Counted from the stretch's first letter, positions 34,702 to 47,298 are shown. The stretch: DNA of 64,000 bases from Bugula neritina (GCA_964035545.1 OZ037767.1:5472707-5536706), one strand, 5' to 3'. The notes: generated by a model not told the origin, from the letters alone. Made by a program: numbers and translations.

Positions 34702-34976
34702 GGTGGAAGTGGCTAGGAATCCAGTCTATAGATTTTATGTCACCAAATATAGGTCTCCCAGATAATTTCAGTTATATATACTGTAAGAGAAAGATGAGCA
34801 TTATGATGACTAAACTAGTAGTATTAATTTTGAATAGGCATCGGTTAGTATACAACCAAAAAAATACTAACTCATTTAGCTCTAAAAGTATGCTAAGCTT
34901 GCAAACTTTTATTAGAAGTAAAGAATTATATTAAAGTAATTTTTTTAATTTGATTGGGCATTCCACCAATGCAATT

Positions 34977-35390
34977 GGATCTTATTATTTCATTTAGTAC
35001 ACACTGGAAATCTCTAGTTTTTAGCTATTTTTTTACAATTTAGCTGCTAATGAACATGAGTTTTTGCTCAAAACTAGTAAAATATTAATAAATGCAACTA
35101 AATAATTAAGGTTCTTTTTAATTTTGCTTGATTTCCCATGCTTTATTTATTTATTTAAGTAATTTAGATTGCAAACCATTACGAAAAAACCATAACGGTC
35201 AGCAATTAAAAGTAGCTCAATAATTAGGAAAAAGCATGGGAAATCAAGCAAAATTAACAAAACTATTCAGGTGTATTTATTGATATTTCACTAGTTTTGG
35301 GCAAAAACCTATGTTCATTAGCAGTTAAATTGTAAAAAAAAGCTAAAAACTGAAGATTTTCAGGGTGCACTAAATTAAGTAAAATGACCC
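34977..35390. mobile_element. Foldback MITE with ~170-bp imperfect arms, flanked by AATT
   Basis: 34977-35145 is the reverse complement of 35231-35390 (e.g. TTTTGCTTGATTTCCCATGCTTT / AAAGCATGGGAAATCAAGCAAAA). AATT at 34973-34976 and 35391-35394; absent upstream of copies B and D. Confidence 0.8.
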
Positions 35391-36049
35391 AATTGCATTT
35401 GACATTTAGAATGATATTTTTAATACAAAGTAAATATTTTAATAAATATTACCAATAAATTATTGACTTACTTACTTTAACTATTTAAGATATTTTTTTT
35501 CTGTTAAACATATGGTGTCGCTTTCTCTTAACATCTTCTACAGGGGCAAAATACAAACAATTCATTATCAAACATGGGTAGTATGTGATTTTAATGGCTT
35601 TTAAAAAGTTTATTTGTTTAATTATATGCCAATATTGTTAATCCATTACTTACCAGTTGTACAAATACTAATTTTGTTTATGAAATGATAGTTTTATTCC
35701 TTTATTAAGCATCGTAGTTGACTAATATTTTGAGCACCACTGTGCCCATCTTCAGAGTAACAATGAATGATGAAAGTTTAAAAGTTATGTTGTTGCGTTG
35801 AACACTATGCATGACTCAAAGAATAGAAAGTGGCAGTTATTTTAAACTTTTTAAACTGAGAAAAATAATCTTGTTTTTATATTACATGCGAGTCAAAAAT
35901 TATACTGATTTTATTGCATGAAAATGAATTAGAGTTAAAAAATATTGAATATCTGTAAATATTAGTTAATTACTTTGCTTAATAAAGTAATAAGGCTACA
36001 ATGTTTGTCCTATACTTATTCATGATTAAATTGCTAGCTCGTAGAGATA

Positions 36050-36052
<3 letters not shown>

Positions 36053-36113
<61 letters not shown>
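36053..36113. repeat. (TA)n microsatellite
   Basis: Direct observation. Confidence 0.95.
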
Positions 36114-36116
<3 letters not shown>

Positions 36117-36129
36117 TCAGCAGGAGATG

Positions 36130-36430
36130 TATATACAGCATAGGCATTGGAAAGTGATTTCTTTGAGTTACTTGGTTTAGGTTACTTGAGTCCAAACATG
36201 CTCTCAGTGTGCCATTGGGCTTTTTCACTGCAGCCACATAATTGTTTATCCAAGCTGTTTAATAGTCTACTGAACCTAAGATACCCTTCTTGGTCTATAA
36301 CTGCAACTTCTGTTTGAGAACCGCCACCATTGACAGAAGCGTCTTCCTGTTAAGACTTTATCATCTATTTTAATATGGTACTCGTCTCCAGGAAAACATC
36401 CGATACTTTCAAAAACTTACTATAACCTCT
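36130..36430 (-). mobile_element. Degenerate Ty3/Gypsy pol fragment (protease-RT linker and RT N-terminus)
   Basis: Minus-strand peptides VFESIGCFPGDEYHIKIDDK and AAVKKPNGTLRACLDSSNLNQVTQRNHFPMP resemble the Gypsy motifs VFEGIGCLPGEYHI and VVKKPNGKLRICLDPKDLNKAIKREHYPMP; interrupted. Its right part recurs at ~45295, ~49413 and ~61819. Confidence 0.75.
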
Positions 36431-38060
36431 CCAACAGTTAATTGCAGTTTATAATGAGATAATTGAGAAAGCTGAAATTATTACAACAACGTAATATACT
36501 GAGCTCTGTTCTTTGCCTGAAAATAAGCAACCAAGCCAGTCTTTAACAAATAAGTATACAGCATACAATGAAACAGTGTCGAATCTAACCAACCAAATGA
36601 ATACCCAAATAACAACAATGGAAATACAAAAGCAGCAAGAGGAGGACAACCCCATTCGAGAAGTTAATGAAGCTCTGGATAAAAAAGCTATTCTCTCTGC
36701 TCAACAATTTTACATAGTAAATTCATTTTCTTGATAATTTATGTAGTATTTTTTATTGTATCAGGTTTTAGCTTTCATGTAAAAACCTTACACAAGTTCT
36801 GTGTGCAAGAATAAAGTAAAAATTGGTGCGAATGTTAAGGACTCTAGAGTTTAGATGCTAATAAAAAGTGGTAAAATAAATAATATTAGGTGCATTCAAA
36901 AAAGCAACAAATCATACCATAGGCTCCGCCCACTTGTCAATCTTTAGTCAAATTTTTTGGGAAACAAAGTTTTATAAATGAACAACATATTTAGGAATTT
37001 AGTTAATATTAATTTTACATGACTCAAATAATTACATAATCATTTGAAATATAATAATGTCCCCATATAAATTGTCTAACCATTGTATATCTGCCCCTTT
37101 CAGTCAAATAATACTAATGCAGCTTGACCTGCTGTTTAAAGTGTAATGGTAGCTATAAATGATAAAAAAAAGTTAAATTAACACGGCCATATTGCATGAC
37201 GAAGGCATGCAGCCATGCAATGGTCAGTTTACTAGATAATAGAACTACAAACTGTGCAGCAAAATTTCTTTGGCAAGTATCAAAATATGACAAGTATTAT
37301 AAAGGATATAATGCAAAGTATATTATGGTAAACACACAGCAGTGAAAGTTCATTATTCTTTCTTCAGTAAAAAAATTTTCATAAGTTTGTCAATATGATA
37401 CAGTTGTGTAGAAATAATAAAGAAATCATTAATGTCATGTTAAACTTGAAACCATTTGTGTAATTAGTAGGCCCAGGATACTTCTAATAACAATCATGAA
37501 AATAACTATCAAGCTTTTTAACATTGGTATAATACCATTTCATCATTTTACATGCTAAATAAAAATGTACTTCAGATCTTTATATTACCAAAAAATTCAG
37601 TAAAAAACAAATGCACTAAGTTGTATGATAATGACTATTCTATCCAGTCATAGCAAAATATATTTAGAGATACTATAAAAGTTGTGATACTGCATACAGC
37701 TGTGACTCTCTAGGACCTTTCCTAATCTAATTGCTGCTTGTTAGGTTTCATGAGAAACTGCTAATTTAACAAATTTATTGTGACCTAGCTCTGAACTGTC
37801 TGGAAGGTCAAGGTCTTTTTTCCTCACTATTACTCTTTGATGTTGGTGGAATATACATGAAGCGCTTTGCAGTCGCATATTTTATTCAAGCTTCTGCATC
37901 AGATCTTTTTAAATTTGGCTTTAATTGCTTCAATATATATTCACTGGCTGCAGGTTCCCATTAATGCTTGTGAGATAATATGATTTGTTAAAAAAATCAG
38001 GCCACTGAATAGTTTGAAACAACCTAGTGCATATTTTATTCGAGCTTCTGCTGCAGATCT

Positions 38061-41000
38061 TCATGAATTCTGTTTTACTTTCTGCGGTGCAGACTTAACT
38101 GCTGGTTTAATTGGCATTCTGATTCCATCATTTCCTTTAAAATAATGTGATTTCTTAAATAAGTCAGGTCTCTGATTAATCTGAAACAATCTAGTGTACG
38201 CTCGTTCATTTCTCATCAAGTTTTTGCAATCCTCTAACTCAATACTAAAAGGGGCGTTCCATGGAGAACCCGTAATTTCTAATCTTGGTATGGTGATTCC
38301 AGGCGTTTTACTGGCTCCATTTTTCTAAAATTAAGCAATTAAATTATGTTAGATTGGAATCTTTGTTAGCAACTTTGTGATCTTGATAATGATCACCACT
38401 ATCACCAATTGGAACTCAATGTTATTACTTTTTGACTAAGTCTCAATTTATATGTCTCTTGAACAGAAGAGCTACGCCATTCCACATGAAATGTGAAAGT
38501 TTAAATTGAAACTAATAATTTGAAGCTCAAGATATCAAAAATAGCCTCCATATTGATTTATATAATAGTATTTGAGATATTGACAGTCATGAAATTATCA
38601 AAACCAAAAAACAATTGGACATAATATAATATTTGTAAAAGGTATAAAGTAAATTCGAACACTTCTACACAACGAATCCTCACCTTGAACAGGGCGATAT
38701 CCGTTGTACAATACGATACTACCAGACTGTTTACAGATTTATAGTACGTCAGCTCTTCTCCAAACCCTTTCTCTTTGCTAATTTCTCTCCATAACGTGGC
38801 ATTGGCCCATGTATAAATCTGAAAATCTACACTCATCCAGTCTAACAGTTTTTTTGCTGTTTTTGCAGGAATTGGGTCACTCTTACCTTTTAATAGATAA
38901 CATGATTACAAAATACAGTATATGAAGAGTGTTTTTATATTTATACGAAAAAAGCTGTGCAATTTACACATAGATAAAAACTCAACACTCTTCAAAACGT
39001 TATACCAGTGTGCTAACCAGTAATGCCTACGAATTAGTTAATATTTGTAATGCAGGCTTTCAGGGTCAATTAGTTTCGGCCTTAAGTGAAAAATGTGTGA
39101 TTTATAACACACCCATAGTAATTATTTGAAAGCAAAACAAAAAAAGCTCAAGTTTTATTTCAGAAGAGCAATCATCTAAGAAAATTAAGTTAATGCGATA
39201 CCTTTTTTGCTATTTCATAAACAATTTAAAAACATATTATGATTTAACAAAATGATGAGTACACAAGTGAATGTCTATTCATATGTTATACAAATTTGAA
39301 ACAATCATTTTGATCGAGCTAAGAAGATTACGGAAGTTGTTTGCATAATATTCTTGTAGCGGCTTTTTAAAAACTCCAATATATTCAAAGTCAAAGTACA
39401 ACTAAAATCCACAAATGGTATCTGCTTTACACTAAAATATAAACGAAGCCACTGTAGGAGGTTAAAACTCACCCTGGTATCTGAAAACATTTTTTTTAAG
39501 AAAAAGTATGTCTGTGATATCCCAGCACCACCTCCTCTTAAGAAGTAGCAGACTCTCCTGCATGTATTCCATCACTAGCAGGAAAGGAAACGTCTCTTTT
39601 AAATCAGTCATAAATTCTTCTACCTGTATATTATTCACAAGGTTCCTTTAAATGCAATTGTAAAAGTCTTGCTGTTAGAAGTTAGATGCATTGGTATTGG
39701 CAGAAAAGGTCAACAAACCTTTTATAAGTAATTAAATGAGTATTTATGTCCTAGAAACCTTGACTATATGTGTTAGCTAGACTTAGATAAACTTCTGTAA
39801 TAAAAAGCAGAATAATCATCACATTCCAAAAATTTAAGCGTCACTAAAAATATCTTTTGTAGCTTAGTTAACCTGCAAGCAGGAACTGGCATGAACTTAA
39901 CTTTACTATCCATATAAAGTACTCATATCCGTTCGAATCATCTGTTCTCATGTTATATTTTATTTGATCAGAAATTTTCTAGATTAACCTTTTCTGGTTT
40001 ATCCATTTCTTTCCTCCCCAAACCAAAGTCGGCTGCCTGAAGGTTATGAGTCACCGACCGAATATGAAAGTTAGGATCTGGGGAGTTTTTGCTCTTGTCA
40101 TTAACTCCATCATAATAGTTTGGGTTATCCGCAAACCTGCGACACACATGAAATAATATAGTTTTTCTGGACAACAAGCAATTCTTGTAATGAAAGGCAA
40201 ATCCTACTTTTACGTTTTGTGGATGAAGTTTTTATTCTATCACAGACAGCCATCCATGCTAGATTTACCTTCTCAAGACAAAACAACAAAAGTTATGAAA
40301 AAAACAGCAGCAAAACTTTTACTAAATACAATAGATTGTGAATAGTCGCACATTTCATTATCAAAAACTGCTGTATTCAACAGCATACTGAAATTTACAT
40401 AACAGACAAATTTAGGTACGTGGGATTGTTTTTGTTATCTGCTGTTATACTTGTTGATATTATTTTCACACTCAACTCACCTGATGATTCGTTCCATCAT
40501 TGAATATTTACCAACTTCGTTTGCTGGAATAAGCATTTTTTTAAAATAGTTCATTACAGACTTGAAATGTGTTAGAGGGTAGCGGACGACTCCTACAAAA
40601 TCAAAATCAAACGATTGACAAGCCTGAATTTTTGTTCAGACACTTTGATTCATGTTCTGCTAAATTTACTAGTTATAAATTTTGTTAACATAATTAAGCC
40701 AAGGTAATATTAAATTTATCAGGTACTTGTCAATTTAGCATATGCAGGATTCAATTAAATTTTACCAATAAATTTAGGGTTGTTGGGAAGAATTTTCCTG
40801 ATGACGGTTTTATTGAATACGGCGTGATTCACCAAAACATTGAAGTTCATAGTGTTATTCTTATGAGGCAGAACAAATCTGCCTGGATCCAAATTGTAGG
40901 GCCATCCAAGGTATATATCCCCTACAAAATAAATTGATAACAATTTATATCCTGTACAAAAGTTATTGTATATTGTAGTGTAGTGTATATTTAAAATAAA

Positions 41001-42109
41001 AGTAAGGATGTTATGACGCTTAACACGAAGTGAGTAGTGTTGAGTTAAACCAGCAGCCCCTGTGGTGTAATTGGTTAGCGCCTGCTTGAAAGCTAGAGGT
41101 CTGTGGTTCAAATCTCAGTGGGAGCAAATTTTACAAGCTATTTTGGCCTTTAGTAAAGTATAGTAGGACTTCCAGGCAGTTGGGAGGCCAGGGAAGCCGG
41201 ATGACTTGAAGAGCAGGAGAGGGGCCAGTGGAGCTCATGGAACTGGTAGGATGTAGTGCTGATTGTTAACTCAGCAACCCTTGCGGTGTAATTGGTTAGC
41301 CTCCCAATTGCAAGCCGGAGGTTCGTGGCTCGAATCCCAGTGCTGGGGGCAATTATTTTACAAAATGTACTATGTCTGTACCAATATGATGTTTGGAAGT
41401 AAGCAAATGCATGCTGAATGTAAAAGGTAAATTTAAAGTATGTAGGTATGCTAGATGCATGAAGTCTTATCAAGTGTAACAAGGCTATTTAAAGTATAGA
41501 GAATCAAATTGTTTACAACCTTGAACTTTAACATTTAGGACATCATGTGCAATTCCATGCACAAAGTATTACATAATTCAAAATGAGTGGAAACTAAGAT
41601 TTCATGAAAATCACTTTGGGTGAGCAATTGACAAAAAGCAACTACAGATAATTCAGTAGAGCTTTCAATGGAGATAAAAAAAATACATCAAGTTTCATTT
41701 GCACCAATTTGTTGACTAAAAGGTGATCTACAAACCTTGTCTTGGGACAGCAAACGACAAGTTATGTGTGTGACCAAATCGTTGTAGTATAGATATGAGG
41801 GTGGTAGAACCAGCTTTATGAGTTTTCACAAATGCAAAGTCGACTGCTTTATTGCATGTCTGTGTAGACATAAACTCGTGTGTCTCAGGGCTAGAAAGAG
41901 AAGGTACAGAAGAATTAATATATATTTTGCAAGCTTCATGACTTCTAGGTGATCCCTACAGTTACCTGAGCTCTCTGGCTTAGATTTATACATTTTTTAA
42001 ATAGACGTTAGTAAAAACATAAGTTTATACTATTGCGAAAGTGTGTGCCACGGTACCCTGTTCTGTGCTAATGAGGGGACAAATCCCAAAACAGCTGCTG
42101 TGCACAGAT

Positions 42110-42176
<67 letters not shown>

Positions 42177-43054
42177 GTATATATATTCAGTATATATATT
42201 CAGTATAAATATTCAGTATATATATTCAGTATAAATATTCAGTATATATATTCAGTATATATATTCAGTATAAATATTCAGTATATATATTCAGTATATA
42301 TATTCAGTATATATATTCAGTATATATATTCAGTATGTAGGCTATAATAAATGTTTAATCTACTTTCTTCCTACAACTGTAAACTGTATTTACTGCATTA
42401 TTAGTACAATGGATACATGGATGGAGTTTCAGAAGACAACTATATTTTTATAGTTTAAACCTGGTTTTATATTTTTCGTTCAAAAACAAAGCTATCTACA
42501 ATTGTCGTTTCTAGCCTAGCTGATAATTCTACAAATATTTTAAATGAAAAGTAGTTTTAGACTACAAATAGCTACTAAAAATATTCTCATAGACTTTCCC
42601 AGTAACTACATTCATTTCCTGTTCCATCTGTTATGACCAGCTCTTTCAGCTGTTTACTAATCAATTGAAGTGAACTGGTAGTTAACTACAGCTAATCCAA
42701 TATTCATAACAACACAACAAACACAAAGCAACACGCAACAAGTTACTAAAACCAGTTGGATGTTTAAAAAACATGACAAGGCAACAAAATATCACTGTCA
42801 CCAAGGCAAGACTTTGGTGGGTTTCAAATGTTCAAAGTAGATGATACATACTTGGGTTTAAATGCGGTATTCTCTGGCATTCTCTCCCATCTCTTATCCT
42901 TGACATTAGAACTCATGAATGATTTGACGTTTTTTATAACTTTGCTTCCTTGTAGTATCATAATGTTATCATGATTCGATATTAAATTATATAAGGCTGG
43001 AAGTGTCAGCGAAATTATTACAAAAACTATCACTTTATAACGCCGAGTTTGCAT
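38061..43054 (-). CDS. Galactose-3-O-sulfotransferase-like protein, copy B (~463 aa, 8 coding exons)
   Basis: Exons 43054-42852, 41890-41736, 40921-40766, 40592-40481, 40136-39989, 39623-39473, 38886-38684, 38324-38061. Internal exon sizes (155/156/112/148/151/203) match copy A; KTHKAGSTT motif; open frame to TGA. Confidence 0.88.
41035..41362 (+). mobile_element. Dimeric tRNA-derived insert (two tRNA-like heads plus purine-rich spacer) in GAL3ST-B intron 2
   Basis: Heads at ~41052-41133 and ~41272-41360 each have GGTGTAATTGGTTAGC (A box), GGTTCAAATCTC or GGCTCGAATCCC (B box) and a TTTT end. Absent from copy A; same family as 25395-25500. Confidence 0.7.
42112..42336. repeat. (TA)n followed by a 13-bp minisatellite (TTCAGTATATATA)n
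   Basis: Direct observation; ~12 units, versus ~5 in the paralog at 58780-58852. Confidence 0.92.
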
Positions 43055-44146
43055 GGTGGAAGTGGCTAGGAACCAGTCTATAGATTCTATATCACGGAAT
43101 ATAGGTCAGCCAGACAATTTCGGTTACTGTATCAGAAAGGAGAGCATTATAATGAACAAATTAGTAGTATTGATCTTAAACAATTATCAGCTAGTACACA
43201 AACAAAAAACTACTAACTCATTTGACACTAAAAGTATACCAAACTTACAAATTGTTTTTAGAAGTAAAGAATCATATTGAACTAATTTTTAATTTGTTTG
43301 GGCATTCTACCAAAGAAGTTGCATTTATCACATGAAATGAGATTTTTAATACAAAATAATTATTTGAGTGGATACTACCAATAATACATTAACTTACTTG
43401 AAAGTACGCTAACTCAGTATCACACATCTCAATACACCAACTCACATGCTGTGTAGTTGTCTATTATGATATTGAAAGTATATAGTCCTGTATAGTTAAC
43501 TGGCTTGTAGCTGCCTAGGAGTACCTGAGCTAAACTAATCATATTTTCACTCTGAGTTAACCAACGGAAAGCAAGGATTTCTATGATGCTATTGTGAACA
43601 CAGACAGTGAGAATTTTTATATATCAATAGAAACTAATATTCAGCTCATTATGTAGTGTTAACTCTATTTATTGTGCAGACTGCTAGTGATCAATTAGGC
43701 ACATAAAGCTAAATAAATAAACTGAAAACGTTTGTATAATATCATCTCATCATTTTATATGATCAATAAAAATGTACTTAAGGTATTTTATTGTCAAAAA
43801 CTTTAGTGTAAAACAAAGCAGTGTTGTATGGTAAAGACATTTCCATCAAGTCATAACAAGCAATATTTTGAGGTACTATAGAAGTTTTGATGTACTGCAT
43901 ACAGCTGTAACTCTCTAAAATATTTCCTGATCTGATTGCTGCTTATTACTTTTCATGAGAAACTGTTATACCAACTTTATTGTGACCTTTGAAATGTCTG
44001 GGAGATCAAGCTCATTCCTCCTCACTATTTCTCATTGATCTTGGTGGAATACACATGAAGCATTTGCACTTTCATATTTTAGTCTCGCCTCTGCATCAGA
44101 CCTTTTTAAATTCGGCTTTAATGACTCTTAAACATAGCTAGCGGCT

Positions 44147-44884
44147 TCAGTTTCCAAACATCCCTTTGAGATAATATGATTTGTTGAATAAATCAGACCG
44201 CTGAATAGTCTGAAACAACCTGGTGTTTGCAGGACCATTTTTCATAAAGTTCATGCAATACTCTAACTCAATACTGAAAGGGGGGGGTTCCATTCAGAAC
44301 TAGCAATCTCTAACTTTGGAATAGTGATTCCAGGTGATTTTTCAGCTTCATTTTTCTAAAATTGAACAATTAAACTATGCTAGATTGAAATTCTTGTGAG
44401 CAACTTTGTGATTTTAATAATGATCACCACTGTTACTCAGTAGAACTATATTTTATTATTTTTTGACTAAGTATAGTTTAATATATATTTATTCTTTAAG
44501 GAAGTGAAATTTAAAATTAAAAATAAAACTTTGAAGCTCAAGATTTAATCAATAGTCCTTTTTAATGGTTTATAATAGTATTTGAGATATTCAGAGTAAT
44601 GAAATCATCTAACCCATAAAAATTTAAAATATATATGTGAAAACAAGAATGTTATAACACCTCAACACAATAAATCTTCACCTTGAACACGGTGATATCT
44701 GCTGTACAATATGATCCGACCAGACTGTTTACAGATTTATAGTACGTCAGCTCTTCCTCAAACCCTTTCTCTTTGCTAATTTCTCTCCATAACGTGGCAT
44801 TGGCCCACTTATAAATCTGAAAATCCACACTCACCCAGTCTAAGAGTTTTTTTGCTGTTTTGGCAGGAATTGAGTCACTCTTAC
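44147..44884 (-). pseudogene. Orphan GAL3ST exon 7 + exon 8 cassette (frameshift in a G8 run)
   Basis: Exon 7 44884-44682 (203 nt, open, AG/GT). Exon 8 from 44355 is shifted by +2 at G8 44280-44287. Intron 6 breaks off at ~45294. Confidence 0.8.
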
Positions 44885-46158
44885 CTTTTAATAGATAACA
44901 TGATTACAAAATACAGTATATGAAGAGTGTTTTTATATTTATACAAAAAGCTGTGCAATTTACACATAGATCGATCTTCAACACTCTTCAAACGTTTATA
45001 CCAGGGTACTAACCAGTAATGCTGCAGCAGGTTAGTTAATATTTGTAATGCAGGCTTTCAGGGTAACTAGTTTAGGCCTTAAAGTGAAAGATGTGTGGTT
45101 TATAACACACCCATAGTAATTATTTGGAAGCAAAACAAAAGAAGCTCAAGTTTTAATTCAGAAGAACAATGACCTAATAATATTAAGTTAATGTAATACC
45201 TTTTCTTGTTATTTCATAAACAATCTAAAAACATAATACCATTTAACAAAATGATGAGTACACAAGTGAATGTCTATTCATATGCTATACAAATCTTCCT
45301 GTTATGACTTTGTCTTGGGATAGCCTATCATCTATTTTAATATGGTACTCCCCAGAAAAACATCCCATACTTTCAAAAACTGACTATAACCTCTCAAACA
45401 GTTGATTGTAGTTTACAATGAGATAAATGAGAAAGCTGAAATTATTACGACATCATAATATACTGAGATCTGTTCCTTGCCTGAAAATAAGCAACCAAGC
45501 CAGTCTTTAACAAATAAGTATACAGCATACAATGAAACAGTGTCGAATTTAACCGACCAAATGAATACTCAAATAACAACAATGGAAATACAAAAGCAGC
45601 AAGAGGAAGACAACCCCATTCGAGAAGTTAATGAAGCTCTGGATAAAAAAGCTATTCTCTCTGCTCAACAATTTTCTATAGTAAATTCATTTTCTTGATA
45701 ATTTATGTATTATTGTTTATTGTATCAGGTTTTAGCTTTCATGTAAAAACCTTACACAAGTTCTGTGTGCCAGAATGAAGTAAAATTTGATGCGAATGTT
45801 AAGGACATTATAGAGTGCCTGCATACTTTAAATTAACACTCTAGAATTTAGATGCTAATAAAAAGTGGTAAATTAAATAATATTAGGTGCACCCAAAAAA
45901 GCAACGAATCATACCATAGGCTCCGCCCACTTGTCATTTTTTAGTCAGATTGTTTAGAAGACAAAGTTTTATAAATGAACAAAATATTTAGGAATTTATT
46001 TAATATTAATTTTACATGACTCAAATAATTACATAATCATTTGAAATCTAATAAGGTCCCCATATAAATTGTCTATAACCATTGTATATCTGCCCTTTTC
46101 ATTCAAATAATACTAATGCAGCTTGACCTGTTGTTTAAAGTGTAATGGTAGCTATAAA

Positions 46159-47298
46159 TTTAGCGTTGCCACTAACTATGGATGAGTTGTACTGGTGTTG
46201 GTTTTCGTAACTTTATTTTTACTTATTCCAACTGCCTTAAGAAACTATAAAAGTAGATTAATATATATGCAATTATAATAGGCTTTTAAAATAAAACCAA
46301 CAAAAATAAAAACCAACAATTATTTATGACTTGTAACGTATTCAAACATATATACATATTTTGGATTAATCACCTCTTGCCTTCTTTTAGTGGCTAGCTA
46401 GGGCGAGTTTGACTCTAGGCAACGACATTGTAGGTTTACTAAAAATATTTAAAGTTTATAATAAAAATGACATTAAATGATAACTGCCATAGACAAAGTT
46501 AAGTAATTATATCAGTTAAGACAAGTAAAGATGCATGTATTACATAAACAAAGATTAAACTTGTGTTCAAAGTTGACTTGAATTTGTAGTATATTGCAGT
46601 AAAATACTGTTATCAGTAAAAGTAAAACTTTAAGCTACAAATTAGGGCTCTATCACGTGACAGTCTGATCAATAACTGGAGAGCCTGCCTTTAGAATTCA
46701 CAATTTTATGAGAAACCTAGTATAAAGTAAACACATAGCCATGAATTCTATCATGCACTGACCACACTGGCATTTTGAGCTTGTTAAACTCCTCAACATA
46801 TCAAATAAACCAAATATTTATTATTAAGTTGAAATAGATAAAAATACTTAAGGAAAGCTTCAAACTATTACAAATACTGAAAAAACAAAGCTAACTCGTG
46901 CCTCTTTAATTTAATTCCAATTCAAATTCATTTATATTTTGTTAATTATATCATTAAAATTGATTGTTATTTATGCGATGGAACTTGCATTGCTAGCGCG
47001 CTATTATTCTACTAACTGTATAGGTTCAACGTCTGCACTGAAACATCCGGGCTGCCAAGATGTAAAGCCACAACCAATGGGCGAGGGCGTGGTTTTATCT
47101 AATAAATGAATTGACAACTATTGCAGTCGTTGCGTTGCGTTGCGTATATAGGCGAGAATTACGTGATGTGATAATCTATTTGAGTGGAACTACGCTAAAC
47201 GCAATGCTGAATGCTGAATGCTTAATAAACTGTTAGATATTCATTACGTTATGCTGCCTTTGCAACTTGAAATAATTATGCTATGTGATAACTTTACA
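46159..47298 (+). mobile_element. Solo LTR, TSD ATAAA
   Basis: Same family as 30354-31450 in the opposite orientation. ATAAA at 46154-46158 and 47299-47303; empty site at ~37155; TATA-like ~47145 and AATAAA ~47224. Confidence 0.85.

Noticed and set aside
41052-41360. Functional tRNA genes (also 25395-25500, 56675-56985, 3285-3356)
   Set aside because: A/B boxes are present but the acceptor and anticodon stems do not pair; treated as tRNA-derived repeats.
42173-42336. CRISPR-like array
   Set aside because: Simple 13-bp tandem repeat without unique spacers; eukaryotic context and no cas genes.
43395-43399. Idea that copies B and D are promoterless because the sequence diverges from A at the upstream donor
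   Set aside because: The same TACCAATAAT...TACTT join to the spacer exists at ~27971-27994, so the spacer is probably the long-standing upstream region of B-type genes.
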